Positions 48,108 through 60,990 of a DNA stretch of 64,000 nucleotides are shown here, piece after piece. Positions within the stretch are counted from its first letter, which is position 1. Every line of letters begins with the position of its first letter. Under the pieces are notes generated by a model, which searched no databases, was not told the DNA's origin, and saw only the letters and a program-made list of their open reading frames with translations. A program made the position numbers and the translations under genes. Source of the stretch: Phoronis australis (Eukaryota > Animalia > Phoronida); NCBI GenBank assembly GCA_002633005.1, contig NMRA01000940.1, positions 28,901 through 92,900 on the forward strand. Direction: 5' to 3'.

Positions 48108-51100
48108 CCCCCCCCCTCCTCAGGTCTCAATTCTACAGGACAGTTTGGAGGTTAATATTTTCTGGTCTTTTGAATTCTATCTCGGGAAGGGGCATACAGG
48201 GTGTTCTAACCGGGTGTAATTTCGCCTGCTACCTCTATTATGAGGCGATTAGTGACTGGTATAACCGAATACACTCACCTGCAACTGAGATTTGTATATT
48301 TTCGTGCACGATATGCTTGACACCCTAGTGTAGTTGTTTTAGCCACTGACATAAATATTGATCGGCTTGTCTGCATTGTCCCTGTTATATAATCTTAATA
48401 ACAGTGGACATTATTACAGACAAAACAAATGAGTCGAGGTCGCTACTCAATTTTTACGCGTCCGTTGTATTGAGTCGAGTTCAGCACTTGAATCACAGTG
48501 CTCCAATGAAGATGCTTATGCGGAGACCAGATTCATTGGCGGCGCATCTTAATCCCAGCTACTGAATAGAGGTGCAACTATGAAATTTATTCCCCGCGGG
48601 TACAGTCACCGGGTATCATGGAGCATCTTCGGGGCGTGCGTCTTGAATTTTCGGGTGAGGGTGACGGTCGGATATTTGGACCGCGGGGCTAAATTTTAGG
48701 GAATTAAGAAGCGCGGTCATAACCCGGTGGTTACAGACATGCATTTTAAGGTTATGCCGGACTCTTAAAATGTCTAAATTTGACCAACATCGGAACATAA
48801 TATCTTAGAAATAGCTGATTTTATTCATATGAAACTTCCAGATATTATTGATTTTCTTTAATAACTGTTATCCACAATTCTGTTAGGAATTGATTGTTTT
48901 CAAAATGTTCCGCTTTTGCAAGAGGGCTATCCAAATAGGACTTTGAGATATCTTAGTTGTTGAAGAACATTTATATCAAACAAAATTTGTTCACGCTATG
49001 TTTACTGTTGGTTTGTTGAATTTCACTAGAAAGGCATGGTCACGTTAATGACAGATTAGTGAAAAGTAAAAACTAAAACAAATTCTAAAGGCTTCCTGCT
49101 TTCACAAAATGTATAATTTGCTGAGTTAAAATATATCTGTAAATATTTGCCTAAAAACACACAGTTGACGATAAGGTCTCACATGACTTTAACCTGGCAC
49201 ACATTTTCATGTTGAAATGAAGATTTTGAATCATGTTAAAGAAAAATTCACGATGATCAGTGACTTGACATCATTCTAATTTCAAAAATTTTAGCGACGA
49301 CTGCACAATTGTATATTGGGTGGAAGCCACTTATTCGGGAAAATTTTACAAAAACTGCAGTTCGAAACGCTAACTGGCGTTGGCAGAAAAACTCGGGGAA
49401 TAATCTAAGATTCCTTAAATCCCAGGCATCTAGACAATAAGTTCAAATGCGATAATTTACAATGAATCAACGAACAATTTGGATGTTTTATGTGATAACG
49501 CATTTTCCGCTCATACGACGCAATTTGGGTTCACAAATAGGACTGTAAATGCCCAGTCACATTATACTATCAAAACTATTCTTCGACTATTCTCCAATTC
49601 AGATAACCCCTGGAGGAATTTAGCACTTGAATTTTTTTACAAATTTATATGCTTGGATAACTCGATGTGCTCCGACAACCGATGCACACATTTTATGCTC
49701 AGGGGGAATTCAGAAGGATTAGGATTGCTCGGATCCATAACCAGGTAATATTTTTCGAAGTGCTTACTAATATACAGCGCTGCGTATATCTGGCGTAATT
49801 AATACTTTTGCTTTTAATTTTGCTCGACTGGGTCCGAAACTTCAAAATGGCGCCATGCTGAACAAGCGTATACGCGTTGACGTCGTATGTACTTTTGTTG
49901 GCTTTTTAAAACGCATATCAGTGTTGGCTTAATAATTTGGAGAGTTTGGATTGTTTAGTGCTGTTGCTTGGAGCAGAGCAATTGACTACCCGGAAACAAG
50001 TTGACCAGGTTTAAGTTATTGACGTCATGTTTCAAGTATCTGACACAAAATGACCCCCAGATCACCAAGATCGAGCAACTGGTCTCAAAGAAAACATTTT
50101 GACAGCGATAACGATTCAAAGTATACAATCAAAGAAGGAAAGAAGGCTATATATATATGTGCACTTATCTAGATAAGTTGACGTTTCTTAATGTATTTTC
50201 AAATAACTAATCATCGTAATAATGTACATGTTTTTATCTCCATGATTGATTATAAACTTTGAAACATCTTAATCAAGGAAGTCCCGTGTTTTATGTGCGG
50301 ACACAAGATAACGACAAGACTGAACCAATATAGTCCAGTATCTAAGGGTCAAAATGTGGAAGGTATGAGTTTATGAAAAGAATCGCCATTTTTACCCATG
50401 TGTCAGTTTTGAGGTGCTCTTTCTAACTTGATATAGGGCAAGCAATTTTGATCTAATTAACCCTCACCTGCATGCAATATTATGTCCTAAAGGAGTTGAA
50501 ATTAGCCTAAATTACATGCTATCCTAATGTATTTCACATTTGTAATAAAATCTGGAGATTTTTAGTTTAGTGTTCGATTCCTACAGTTAGCCAGGATTCA
50601 CTTGTTCATACTTGCAGTCATTCAAATTCAAAGTCATGTAATAATTTCTCGAGTTGCTATTTTCCCGGAAGGTACATCACAGCCAACATAGAGCAAGTAC
50701 GAGCGCGTTTTGTAAGGAATCACGTGCCATTCTTTGTCCAATGACGCTTTTCGATGTAAGACAAAGCAATTTCGACCTCGGTTAATCTGATTCACATGCA
50801 TAATCTTTACTAGAAAGCTGTTTATTTGATCTTAAGAAATCGAACAAAAAGTGATGCAATTATGCATGCATAATCAGATCCCAATTCGCATAAAACGCTG
50901 ATATTCATAGCTTTCGAACGACGAATTTGAGGTTTTCTGTCTTGAATCTTATCTCAACCAGGGAGTCCGGTTTTTTGTACCCAGTCATTCTCTCCTTGGC
51001 AGGGATACCGCAAAAATACGTATTGTCATAAAGATTGGCAATGGATTGTTTCGACATTTAGTTAAGCAAGCTATTTACCGAATGCACGGGAAATGTAAAT

Positions 51101-51867
51101 ATCATCACGGCCCACAAAAAATTCGTTGCTCATGGAGGCAAAAAGCTTACGGGGGAACTACGTCGCAAGCTCGTCGCATAGAGATCGATTGACAGGCGTG
51201 TCCATTGTTCACTTTGTTTTTCTTTCTTATAATAAAGATAATGGCAAGCATTTATCGGTAACTGGCTGATGTGCGCCCAAGGTACGATGTACAATGGCAT
51301 GCGACCTGTACTGTCATGTCCAACGAAGACGCAACAAAGGAAAACAATGATAGTGTCCCATAGGCGACGCGCTAACGCCCGTCACAAGGATCTCGCAAGT
51401 TAAACAATACCTTGCGGCCTGCATACGACGTCATTTGGCGTGGGAGCCGGCCGCTTTTTAAAACGAGCTTGGCACACTTGCATTGCAGATCAACGATTTA
51501 CGGAGGACGAAGAGGGAGGTATGCTTTAAGCGAAATGCATGTACTAAACGTATGTGATAGATGTCTAACATGTATGCGTCCGGAAATATACACGCCCACT
51601 GGGAAATGATGAGCTGTCTTCAACAGCTCTTGTGACATTTTTTATTGCCCATAATTTGTACGTACTGTATCTTATTTTCATTCTTATTCTTTGCATTTGT
51701 ATTGTGTCATTAGAAATGACCATATTTCGCAAACCTTGGTCTCTTCTCATCTTTGGTAACGAGCTTGTGACGTACGTATTTTACTCGAGACATATGTCGA
51801 ACATAAAAGAATTTCCCTTCTTAACATGTTGCAAATATTTTTTCTTCAGAATTTTCATATGTGAATT

Positions 51868-52855
51868 CATAGGCAGATTTAGGGGGGGGGGGCAGGGGGC
51901 CCGCCCCCCCTTGGCTACCGCAAAAGATAAAACAGCAAGAGCGTAGGGGAATGTTGAGTTTATTAATTAACCCCGGTAATTAAAATTATACGGCTGAAAC
52001 AAGATTTAAATGTGGGCAGTTTTAATGTCTGGGGGACTCAGATACAATTTCAAGTGTCAAATTCGGAACACGGCGCAATCGTAACGGAACTATGGCTAAG
52101 TATAGACTCTTCCGCGATATCTCAGGATCTCAGGCGACCGGCAGTGGCGCTGGGCACTACGACTCCGTTTCCGTCGTCTGCTCCACTGTGCAATGAAGAA
52201 AATTACTTCATTTTAAAGAAAATGGAATCTGAGTGATGGTGAAAAAACAAAAGCTGCTGGTAAGATGTCAATTTTAATCGAAGCCTTAGTGAATCACTCA
52301 GAAACTCATAATTCTCTCTTTGTCAAACCTTAACTTAAAACGATTTCCAAAGCAATCGCGTCATTATTGCCAACACCAAAAACGGATTTGGTCTTTTGGG
52401 CAATTGAAGGCTATTTTAAGTAGAACAAATTTGTTACGAACTGATTGCACAAAATATAAAACATGTAGTAAGCATTACAAAAAAGAAGGAGGTTTCGCGC
52501 GCAAACGCTGTGGACCATAAACAAGTAGGTCTCTTAGTATCAAACTAGGAGTTAAATCGTGGTGGTGCAGTGGTAAAGCACGCGCGCTCTATCCGCTAGG
52601 TCGTGAGTTCGAGTCTGTGGCACTTGCAGTTTTTCCTGGTTGACACCTTGTTATTATTTGTTTGCCTTTTTTCTCGGATAATACTTCGGGAATCAAGGAA
52701 AATGCTTGATTTTTAGAGGAAAAAACAGAAAAATTTCCTGGGCGGGATGGGGGTTTGCCCCCCATTCGGTGCTATTCGCATCTACAATCATGCTTTGAGC
52801 AAATGGTTACAGACAAAATGTTGGGCCCCCTTGTGATATCCTAGATCCGCCACTG
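51868..52855 (+). mobile_element. Non-autonomous TIR element with 5-bp TSD containing a tRNA-like segment
   Basis: CATAGGCAGATTTAGG ... CCTAGATCCGCCACTG; GAATT on both sides; A/B boxes at 52560-52615. Confidence 0.85.
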
Positions 52856-53344
52856 GAATTAGACCAATAGTCAAACATGTTGAACATAAGCCAGTGATGA
52901 CCACACCTTTGTGACCTTGGCGGCAAGACTCATGGAACCTTATTTTCAAAATCAGACCACCAGAGGCACTAACACAAATTTTGCTGTCTACATACATACC
53001 GGATTTTAGAAACGCAATGCAAAACGATAGTGGCGGCACCTAGCTATTCGAATTGACATGAAATCCTAATGCAACTCAGTTGGTGTGAATGTGTTAATTA
53101 TTTATGAATGGCCTCGAAGGCTAGGAAACGTGGACATGTGACTGTAACGTTAACTTTCCCCAGTGCACTTTGTGATCGCGTGCCTTCATTGCAGTAGCAG
53201 TTTCAAAGAAATGCCGCCGACATCGCATCAAAAGGAATCTGTTTGCCACAGATGGTTTGGCAGCGCTTGCGTGACTTCGCAAGGATATAACTAATAAGGC
53301 GCGAGACCCAATCACGTTTGTCGGAACTACTCTATTCAGCTAGA

Positions 53345-54033
53345 AATAGAAATTTTTCTGTTTTTACCTCTAAAAATCAAGCATTTTCCTTGATTCCTGA
53401 AGTATTACCCAAGAAAAAAAGGCAAAAAAAAAAACACGGAGAACGTGTCAAACAGGAAAAAAGTGCAGGACCATCAAAGACTCGAACTTACGACCTGGCG
53501 CTTAAAGCACACGTACGTTACCACTACACGACCACGATTTAGTTACAACTATCATACTAAAAGACTTACTTGTTTATGGGCCACAACGTTTGCGCGCGAA
53601 ACCTACTTCTTTTTGTAATGCTTATTACACGTTTTATATTTTGTGCCATCAATTCTTAACAAATTTGTCGTATTTGAAATAGTCTTCAAATGCTCAAAAG
53701 ACCAAATCCATTTTTCGAGTTGGCAATAATGACGGGATTGCTTTGGAAACCTCTTAAGATAAGGTTTGACAAAGAGGGTATTGCGAGTTTCTGAGTGATT
53801 CACTAAGGCTTAGATTAAAATTCACATCTTACCAGCAGCTTCTGTTTTTTCATCGCCACTCAGGTTCCATTTTCTTTAAAAAATGAAGTAAATTTTCTTC
53901 ATAGCACAGTGGAGCAGACGACGGAAACGGAGTCGTAGTGCACAGCGCCGCTGCCGGNNNNNNNNNNNNNNNNNNNNNNNNNNNNNNNNNNNGGGGGCGG
54001 GCCCCCTGGGCCCCCCCCCTAAATCAGCCTATG
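53345..54033 (-). mobile_element. Second, inverted and truncated copy of the 51868-52855 element
   Basis: 53345-53957 is the reverse complement of ~52138-52735; ends cctaaatcagcctatg. Confidence 0.85.
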
Positions 54034-57000
54034 CCCCAAAAAAGCAGCAAATCGAAAATCGACCATGATTTGTCAGCAATGTGGCGAAAATGTTTACAGC
54101 ATTCCACTTTCTTTTTGTGCGCAAAATGCTAGACACATTCCAAATGTGAACTAAATGACCGTTTTCGTTTATGGGACATTTGCTTTGAAACTCTTAATTG
54201 ATTTATAGAATTGAGAACAACAGTGACTCAGGGTAATGAGGAAGTTAAAATTTTATAACACTTGTTGAAATAAATTTATGTTGAGTTGTGTTTAAGATTT
54301 AAATTACCGAGAGTGTATCGTCGGGTCACTATGTCGCTTTTTACGGTGCTCTTGGGCAAGGTTTATTATAGATGAAACATAAAAGGTTTTTTGCATCTGT
54401 TTCCCCTACTAATCGTAATGCTTCATTTTTTGTATTTTGTGTAGTTCAAACATAGTTTGTAATACTCGAAATAGAAATGGTACAATGTAAATATGTTAGG
54501 GCCCAGGGTCTAACCATTTCACTAGAAATCGAATCTGAAATTATTTTCACACTTTCTGATCAACTTTAGTACGAACTCACGATTATTGTCTAATATTCTG
54601 TGTTTGAGTGGGATATGAGTTAGTTGAGTGAATGTCCAATTCTTTTTGCACTTGATGAGCCTGGCATTAAAGTTATAAGTTCGAGTCGAAATCTCGATTT
54701 TCCTCTCCAATTTGTGTGAGTACCTCAAACCTAGGGTCATCGAATGCAAACTCGAACAATTAAAGTTAAAACGGAAAATAATCAAAAATAATTTCGACAC
54801 CTCGGCTTCTCTCCCCTCCTTAACAGATTCTTAATTTCAAAATTTTAATGCCCGAAGGAACCCCGGTTAACAAATAACGTTTGTTTGACAACGTGTCGCT
54901 GTGAGGGTTAACACGTACACCACACGATTATGCGGAACTGACCTTAGCAGCAATTTTAATCAACTAAAACTGATCGTCACCTGGACAAAATCTTTTTGAG
55001 GGTCCAAACGATAAGACTACTGATTAACCTCTTTGCGCACGCATTATAAATAACTTATTCCGAATAATTATTTCCTCACGCAAAATAACCCACCAGTACC
55101 CAAAGCTATAAAAGAGACCTTTTGATCCACGTGTTTCATTACAACGACGTGTTCAGGGCACACCCTGGGGTGTTGTAACACGATACCATGGAGACACAAA
55201 GTAAGATTTTAAATAGTTATTATGGGAATTTTACTGTAGCATCTATTAATGCAATATAACGGTGTTTCAGATTTAACATTTAAAGATTTTTTTGCTTATT
55301 TTCATATTTTCTTACGCACCTCCATTATGCACTACGGTTTGATATGAATCAGCTGTGGCATGGTGCATATATGTGGTTATTGAAAATTTAATTCCAATTT
55401 CGTGCCTACAAAAATATCATGAGTTTAAAAAAATAAGTGACACTGACATGTATTGCTCAGAGATAAACTCTAGGAAAATTTTTACAGTCAAGACGGAAAA
55501 TGATTTCAATACCATGTTGTACTTCTATTTTTCTTTTGTTTGAGTTTTAAATGATACCCGTGGTGTGCATGTGTGTATGTGTGCGGTATGAATGGTTATC
55601 AACTTATCGAACATGTTTATAATGTATATTTTTGGTTAATAAATAATTGAAAACTGGAAAACATCCAAACTTAGCACTTTGTAATTACATCCTTGATGCA
55701 GAAGGGGTTTTAAAGATATCTCAAACCTTATTCACAAAAGCTGGATGCTTTTACAATATTTCATATATGTCTAGCAAAATGTCTTATCTTCATTTTCGGG
55801 GAACTTCAAATACGAAATATATACCGTGTGGAAATTTGTTTACTTCGTATCCAAGGTCAAAGGTTACAGAGCTGTCAATCAAATCGAATCTCCCGCTTGG
55901 TTTTCACAGTCCGTTCAATTCAACGAGTTGCCATAAAGAGGTGTACAAAGCACGGAAAGATATCTCAGTCTCCCCGGCGCGTTCTTAGGCACGTGTTGTG
56001 TACTAGTACTGTTCATCGGGCCTATTTTAATAGGTCAAGAGGTGAACTCCTCCCCTAACCAGGTTTCCATCGGTTCATTGTCAACCGACTTCACACAAAA
56101 TTAGTGACAATTCCCTACGGCAGTTAATAACGCACTGCCAATTTAATCGACATTACAAGTGAATGTTCAAATAGCTTACAAGGTAACAGCATGTAAAGGT
56201 TTGACCAAAAGCAAGTTTTCACCGAAAAATTAATGCGAAACTTTCCGATTTTCGCTACTCGTAATGTTTCCGGCTTTTTCTTGCCTTCGGTAAATGAACT
56301 TGATTTGAACTTAGGAACACGAGTTCTCGGAAACGGCTCGGTGAATTTCACTACAACTTTCCATTTCTAATATTTATTCACCAGTCTCAAAAACGCTTTT
56401 AGGATTTTCCTTATAAAGGTGATCCATTCTTGTTGTTTTATTTACCTATTTATTTCCTTTTCAACGTCTAATTTTTGCGTACTGTAATACGACTGCTATT
56501 TATTACAAAAATACCTTACGGCTTACGAGTTACTTTGACATAGAAATAAGACCGAAAGAACAATCGAAAATTGCTAAAAGCGTTTTAGGTAAGTTGTACA
56601 GTTTTCATTTGAAAAGGGTTTCATTAAAATCGACCAAGGGGGTATTTTGCTATGAATAGTTTCTTAAAATAAAATTGTTGGTAACGTGTAATAATAAAAA
56701 TAAAGAAGCATCAATATATTTTTTATAATCTCTGATCTTTTTTCTTTCAAAAAATGTATATTTTACTGGTTGACATAGTCTGTTTGTTGATGAGTTAGAA
56801 TAGAGCTTACAAATTAAGTTTTGAGATAACCTTAAGCAACTAATTTCTTTCTAACTCGATGCCACTTTGGAAACTGGGAATGTTGAAATTTAGTATTCAA
56901 TAAATTAGGACTGCGTTAAAATCATTTAAAGCTGCATTCCGCCTTGTTTAACTGGCTAAAACGGACATCGAATTAGGTCATTTGCTTTTATAAAATCGTT

Positions 57001-59957
57001 CTCCTAACATTCCTTACCGTTAGCAAGTACATGTATTTAGTGGAGTCGTGTTTTTCTTTAAAAATAACGTGTGAACTTTTTTAATTTTCTAAATTGTAAT
57101 GAACAAACCCTGTCCCTATACCGAAATTCATCGATAGGCTTCAGGGCGAATATTCGGAAAATGGCGCATCTTTCTACCTCTATAGTACTCAAACGGTTTA
57201 CATTCGAAAAATGGAGCCCATAAACAGGAAACGTGTCATCAAATATTTCACGAGTGATATTTCTAGTTGCAAATCTGACGCGTAAAACGCCCTGTTGACT
57301 TCAAACGTATATCTTTATCAAATAACTGTAAACAAGAGTAAATATTTCGTCGTTTACAGTGTTTTCAGAAACGCACACTATGACAGGCAGTAAAACAGTT
57401 ATTTATGGAAGTGTTAGCACTGCTGTTGTGTTTGCACATTGGTTATCTACTTTTTGTTCATTTCCACAGTATCTCGTATAACAACTTTTCCTTCATACAA
57501 ATGTTTCGGAATTAACAGATGATACCTATAAGCTCCACGTCTGGTTTTCTGGTTCAGTATTTGCGAAAATTTCCAGTAGCAAATATCAAAATTCAAATGC
57601 ATGTGTGGTTCACTAAAGTTCCCGAGCAACATCTTTCCTTTCCATGACGTCAAATCTGCTTTCGTAATTCTTTCTTGCATGTACACCACAAATAAAAAAC
57701 AACGAGAACCAAATTGTCTCCAACTGTTGCACACGCCTTAAGAGTGAAGTACGGCTCACAGCAGGCAAAAATGCCCAGAGGGGTGATAAACCCAATGTCA
57801 CCGATTTGAACCATACTATGCATTTTAGTTACCTTTGGGATGATAAACAAAACAGTAAAGTCCAATCTCATTTTACCTTGTTTAAGTGGGAGAAATCAGG
57901 AAGCCTCTATTTTGGGGGTATGCCATGCAATGAACTCGCCGAAAATGCCTTATTTGCACTGCACAATAAAAAATATCGGCGCACGAGATCATTATTTGTT
58001 TGTAATTTTTAAATAAAGCAAGTCTTCGGCTTTACAAATATGTTGAACAATACTCATTAACTCTGCCCCTAACTTAAAAATTTCAGGCATAAAATATAGA
58101 GGGGTCAGAGGTTAACAAGGCATTGCAATTTTGCCACACTTTGAGCCCGTATATCTCAGCTGGCACAACACTGATGAACACCAGACTTTTACACAAGACT
58201 TTTCTATCTTATTGCTGTTGATTAATACAATAAAATTTTCTGGCGCTGAACATTTTTCTATACAAATTGCAAGATTGCGACAACCACCTGAGTAGAAATT
58301 ACCTTCAATACCGATACCTGTTTGGAACATTACAGCACCAGTAAAGTGCACAGTTTTGATTCAAAAGTTGATTTATCAATATTTAGTTATGTGTCATTAA
58401 TTCAGGCGCAATTGTTTAAGGTATTTTTCCCTTTTAATTAAAATTCCGCGTTTTTTGTGAACCCAGTGTCCAACAACAGGTGTCACTTTAGTGGTGGCAA
58501 AATGGTTCCGGTTGGCGAATCCTGACTTTCTGTGTTATCTGCTAGTATGATGGAGTGTGATGAGGTGTATGGAAGCTCAAAATAATGTCCTCTGCACATG
58601 TGTGAAATATTGATGCGGCATAAAGTGAGTAGCAAACCACTGCACCTACAGACTGTACGGCAACTGATTTTGGCAAGAGTCGGACAATTTACATGTGCGT
58701 GTTCACCGGACCCGTGTCACGCCTGTGTGACTGCGTCCAAGGCAAGGACAAGAAACCGGGCTCATCTTGGAATTCTGTGGAAACCATGTAGACTCTGCAA
58801 ACACCCATTTCATTTATGGTAGCTCGCGTGCCAAGCCTGAAGTGGGGATGCTGGTTGAAATGTCTAAAGTCAACTTACTTTCACAGGAACTCAACAATGT
58901 CAATGCATTCTTTCCTGTTGGATCTGGTGAGTACTACTACTGCTTTGTTTGAATTTGAGGTTATCACGATAGCATTGTAGCGGTAATAGTCAGTTTTGTG
59001 GATACATGATTCGAGAACCAGTTAGCACCGCTAGAAACAACAGATGTTATTCTAATACAGTACCCTGCAATGCAAGTTACTGGTCCCTCCTTTCAGGAAG
59101 ATCACAAACTGTGTGACCATGCATGTACCACAAAAATGTACTTGTTTTTGAACATGTAGTATAGACAGAGCTTTGTACACACTGATGAAATTTAGTAGTC
59201 CTATGCCTGCATCACTGTAAACAACTGATTAACAGTCTTGTGTTCCTAAGGGCAAATCAGTGATATACCTGCCCTGTCGCCGTTGTTGGAGTCTAGGCTA
59301 GCCTAGAGCTATTCAGTCCACTTACTAGTAGCGTCTTGTGTTAGTTGTAAGTTTAGTCTGAGATTATGTGCACCTAGTGACCTGTACTTGTTGCAAGCGG
59401 AAAATGCAATATCTCATTGACTTTCACTTTTCAACAACCGATATTGTTGTTATGCGTCTTCTTTTTAGTTCATTACAGGAAGTATTTTTTTCTATAGATA
59501 TATTGATGAATGCTGTAGTTATAGCATTATAAATTCCAATTTTAACTGACAACCTGCATGCCGGAATTTCGTTTCACTTCAGATGTCAGTGAATTATGTA
59601 ATTCTGGAAATCATAGCGTGTCGTTATGTTTTATGAGTACCACTATGTTGACATTTGTTGTCTGGATATGATATTCATTTGATGTCCAAAGGAATCCAAT
59701 CAAACTGGCAAAAATAAATCAAGTACCCACAGTGTTTTTTCTTGTTGTACTTATGGTCGTTTTACATATTACACTCCATGGGTCAAATGAATTATCTCAG
59801 CTAAAATCATTGGATCACTCAGCGGCAGTCACACCTGTGTAGTGGCTGGGCTCTGCAAAGTTCTGCAAAAAGTGTATAATTCGAGAGTGTTACAACCTGC
59901 CTGTCATTTTTCAGAAAGTAGAGCAACAAAGCAGACCCCGCAAAAACTGCACAGGCG

Positions 59958-60015
59958 ATGAAGACGGATGAGCAGTTTTGGGAGGAAGGCTGGCTGACAC
60001 TACAACAGGATAAAG
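59958..60015 (+). CDS. Putative first coding exon of an unannotated + strand gene
   Basis: ATG inside an exon with a tttttcag acceptor at 59914; MKTDEQFWEEGWLTLQQDK; weak AG|gtttct donor; phase 1 fits the 63059 exon. Confidence 0.35.
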
Positions 60016-60437
60016 GTTTCTTTTCACGCTTGGCTGCCTTGAACCGCGCTGGAAAATGGTCAAATGAGGGAGATAATGAACTTGACAGTCAGTGATGTCC
60101 AGTAATACTCCGGATTTCATCTTTGTTCGAACATTATACAATCTGTTGGGTTGTCTGAGTGATTTAACCAGTTGTTATTGATGTGATATTGTAGAAACTG
60201 AGATAAATGCAAAATGCAATATAGCAACACTTGCTGTGATTTTGTCAGTAAAATTTAGGATGTTTAGTCAGTGTTCTGGTTGAAACTTTGCTGTCCAATT
60301 TATTTAAAGATGCTGGTATTTCAGTTTTCATCTTTCAAATTCATATTACACTCAGTCTCTCTTAACTAAAAAGCGAAGCCTTATCTGAGTGTTAACTTAT
60401 GTACAAGCTTAAGGAAAGGTAGTGACTTAGGCATACT

Positions 60438-60990
60438 TGAACCAATTCACTGGCATTTAGATCAAAGAACACATTTGCATATCTCGTTTTTCCATGCTAC
60501 TTTGTACCACTTAACTTGATGACCAGTGTTAAACCAGATTACAGTCACATTAAATATCATTTTGACTTTAATCTGTTCCAACATTGTTTTTGCAGAATGA
60601 GAGTTATTTGTACGGTATGTGATGATGAGTTAAGGGAGGTGCCGAGGTCACCTGTATTCTGAATTGTTAACATCAGGAGTGTCATGTTTGAGCCAATTCA
60701 CTGGTATTTAGATCTTTTAACACATTTAGACATCTCGTGTTTTCCATGGTAGTTTGTATAAATTAACCAGGCAATGAGTGTTAAACCAGATTCTGGTCGC
60801 ATTAAATGTCACTTTTTACTTTAAAGTGGTCCAACATTGTATATACAGACTGGGGAGTTACGTGCACCGTATGGGATGAAGAGATACATGTAAGCGAGAT
60901 CACCTGTATTTTGAACAACTAACAGAGGAGTCTCCTATTTGAGCCAGTCCATTAGCACTTAGATCAAATACCACATTTATAGATCTCTGA
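60438..60990. repeat. Diverged 251-bp tandem repeat (~2.2 copies)
   Basis: Units begin at 60438, 60689 and 60940; shared agtgttaaaccagatt, ccaacattgt, tcacctgtatt. Confidence 0.85.

Noticed and set aside
52560-52625. tRNA gene candidates (also 19030-19100, 20777-20879, 38229-38306)
   Set aside because: A/B boxes are present but acceptor stems and cloverleaves are broken, and all lie in repeats; treated as SINE-like
60619-60662. C/D box snoRNA (TGATGA...CTGA)
   Set aside because: Only ~40 nt between the boxes, and they are not preserved in the second repeat unit
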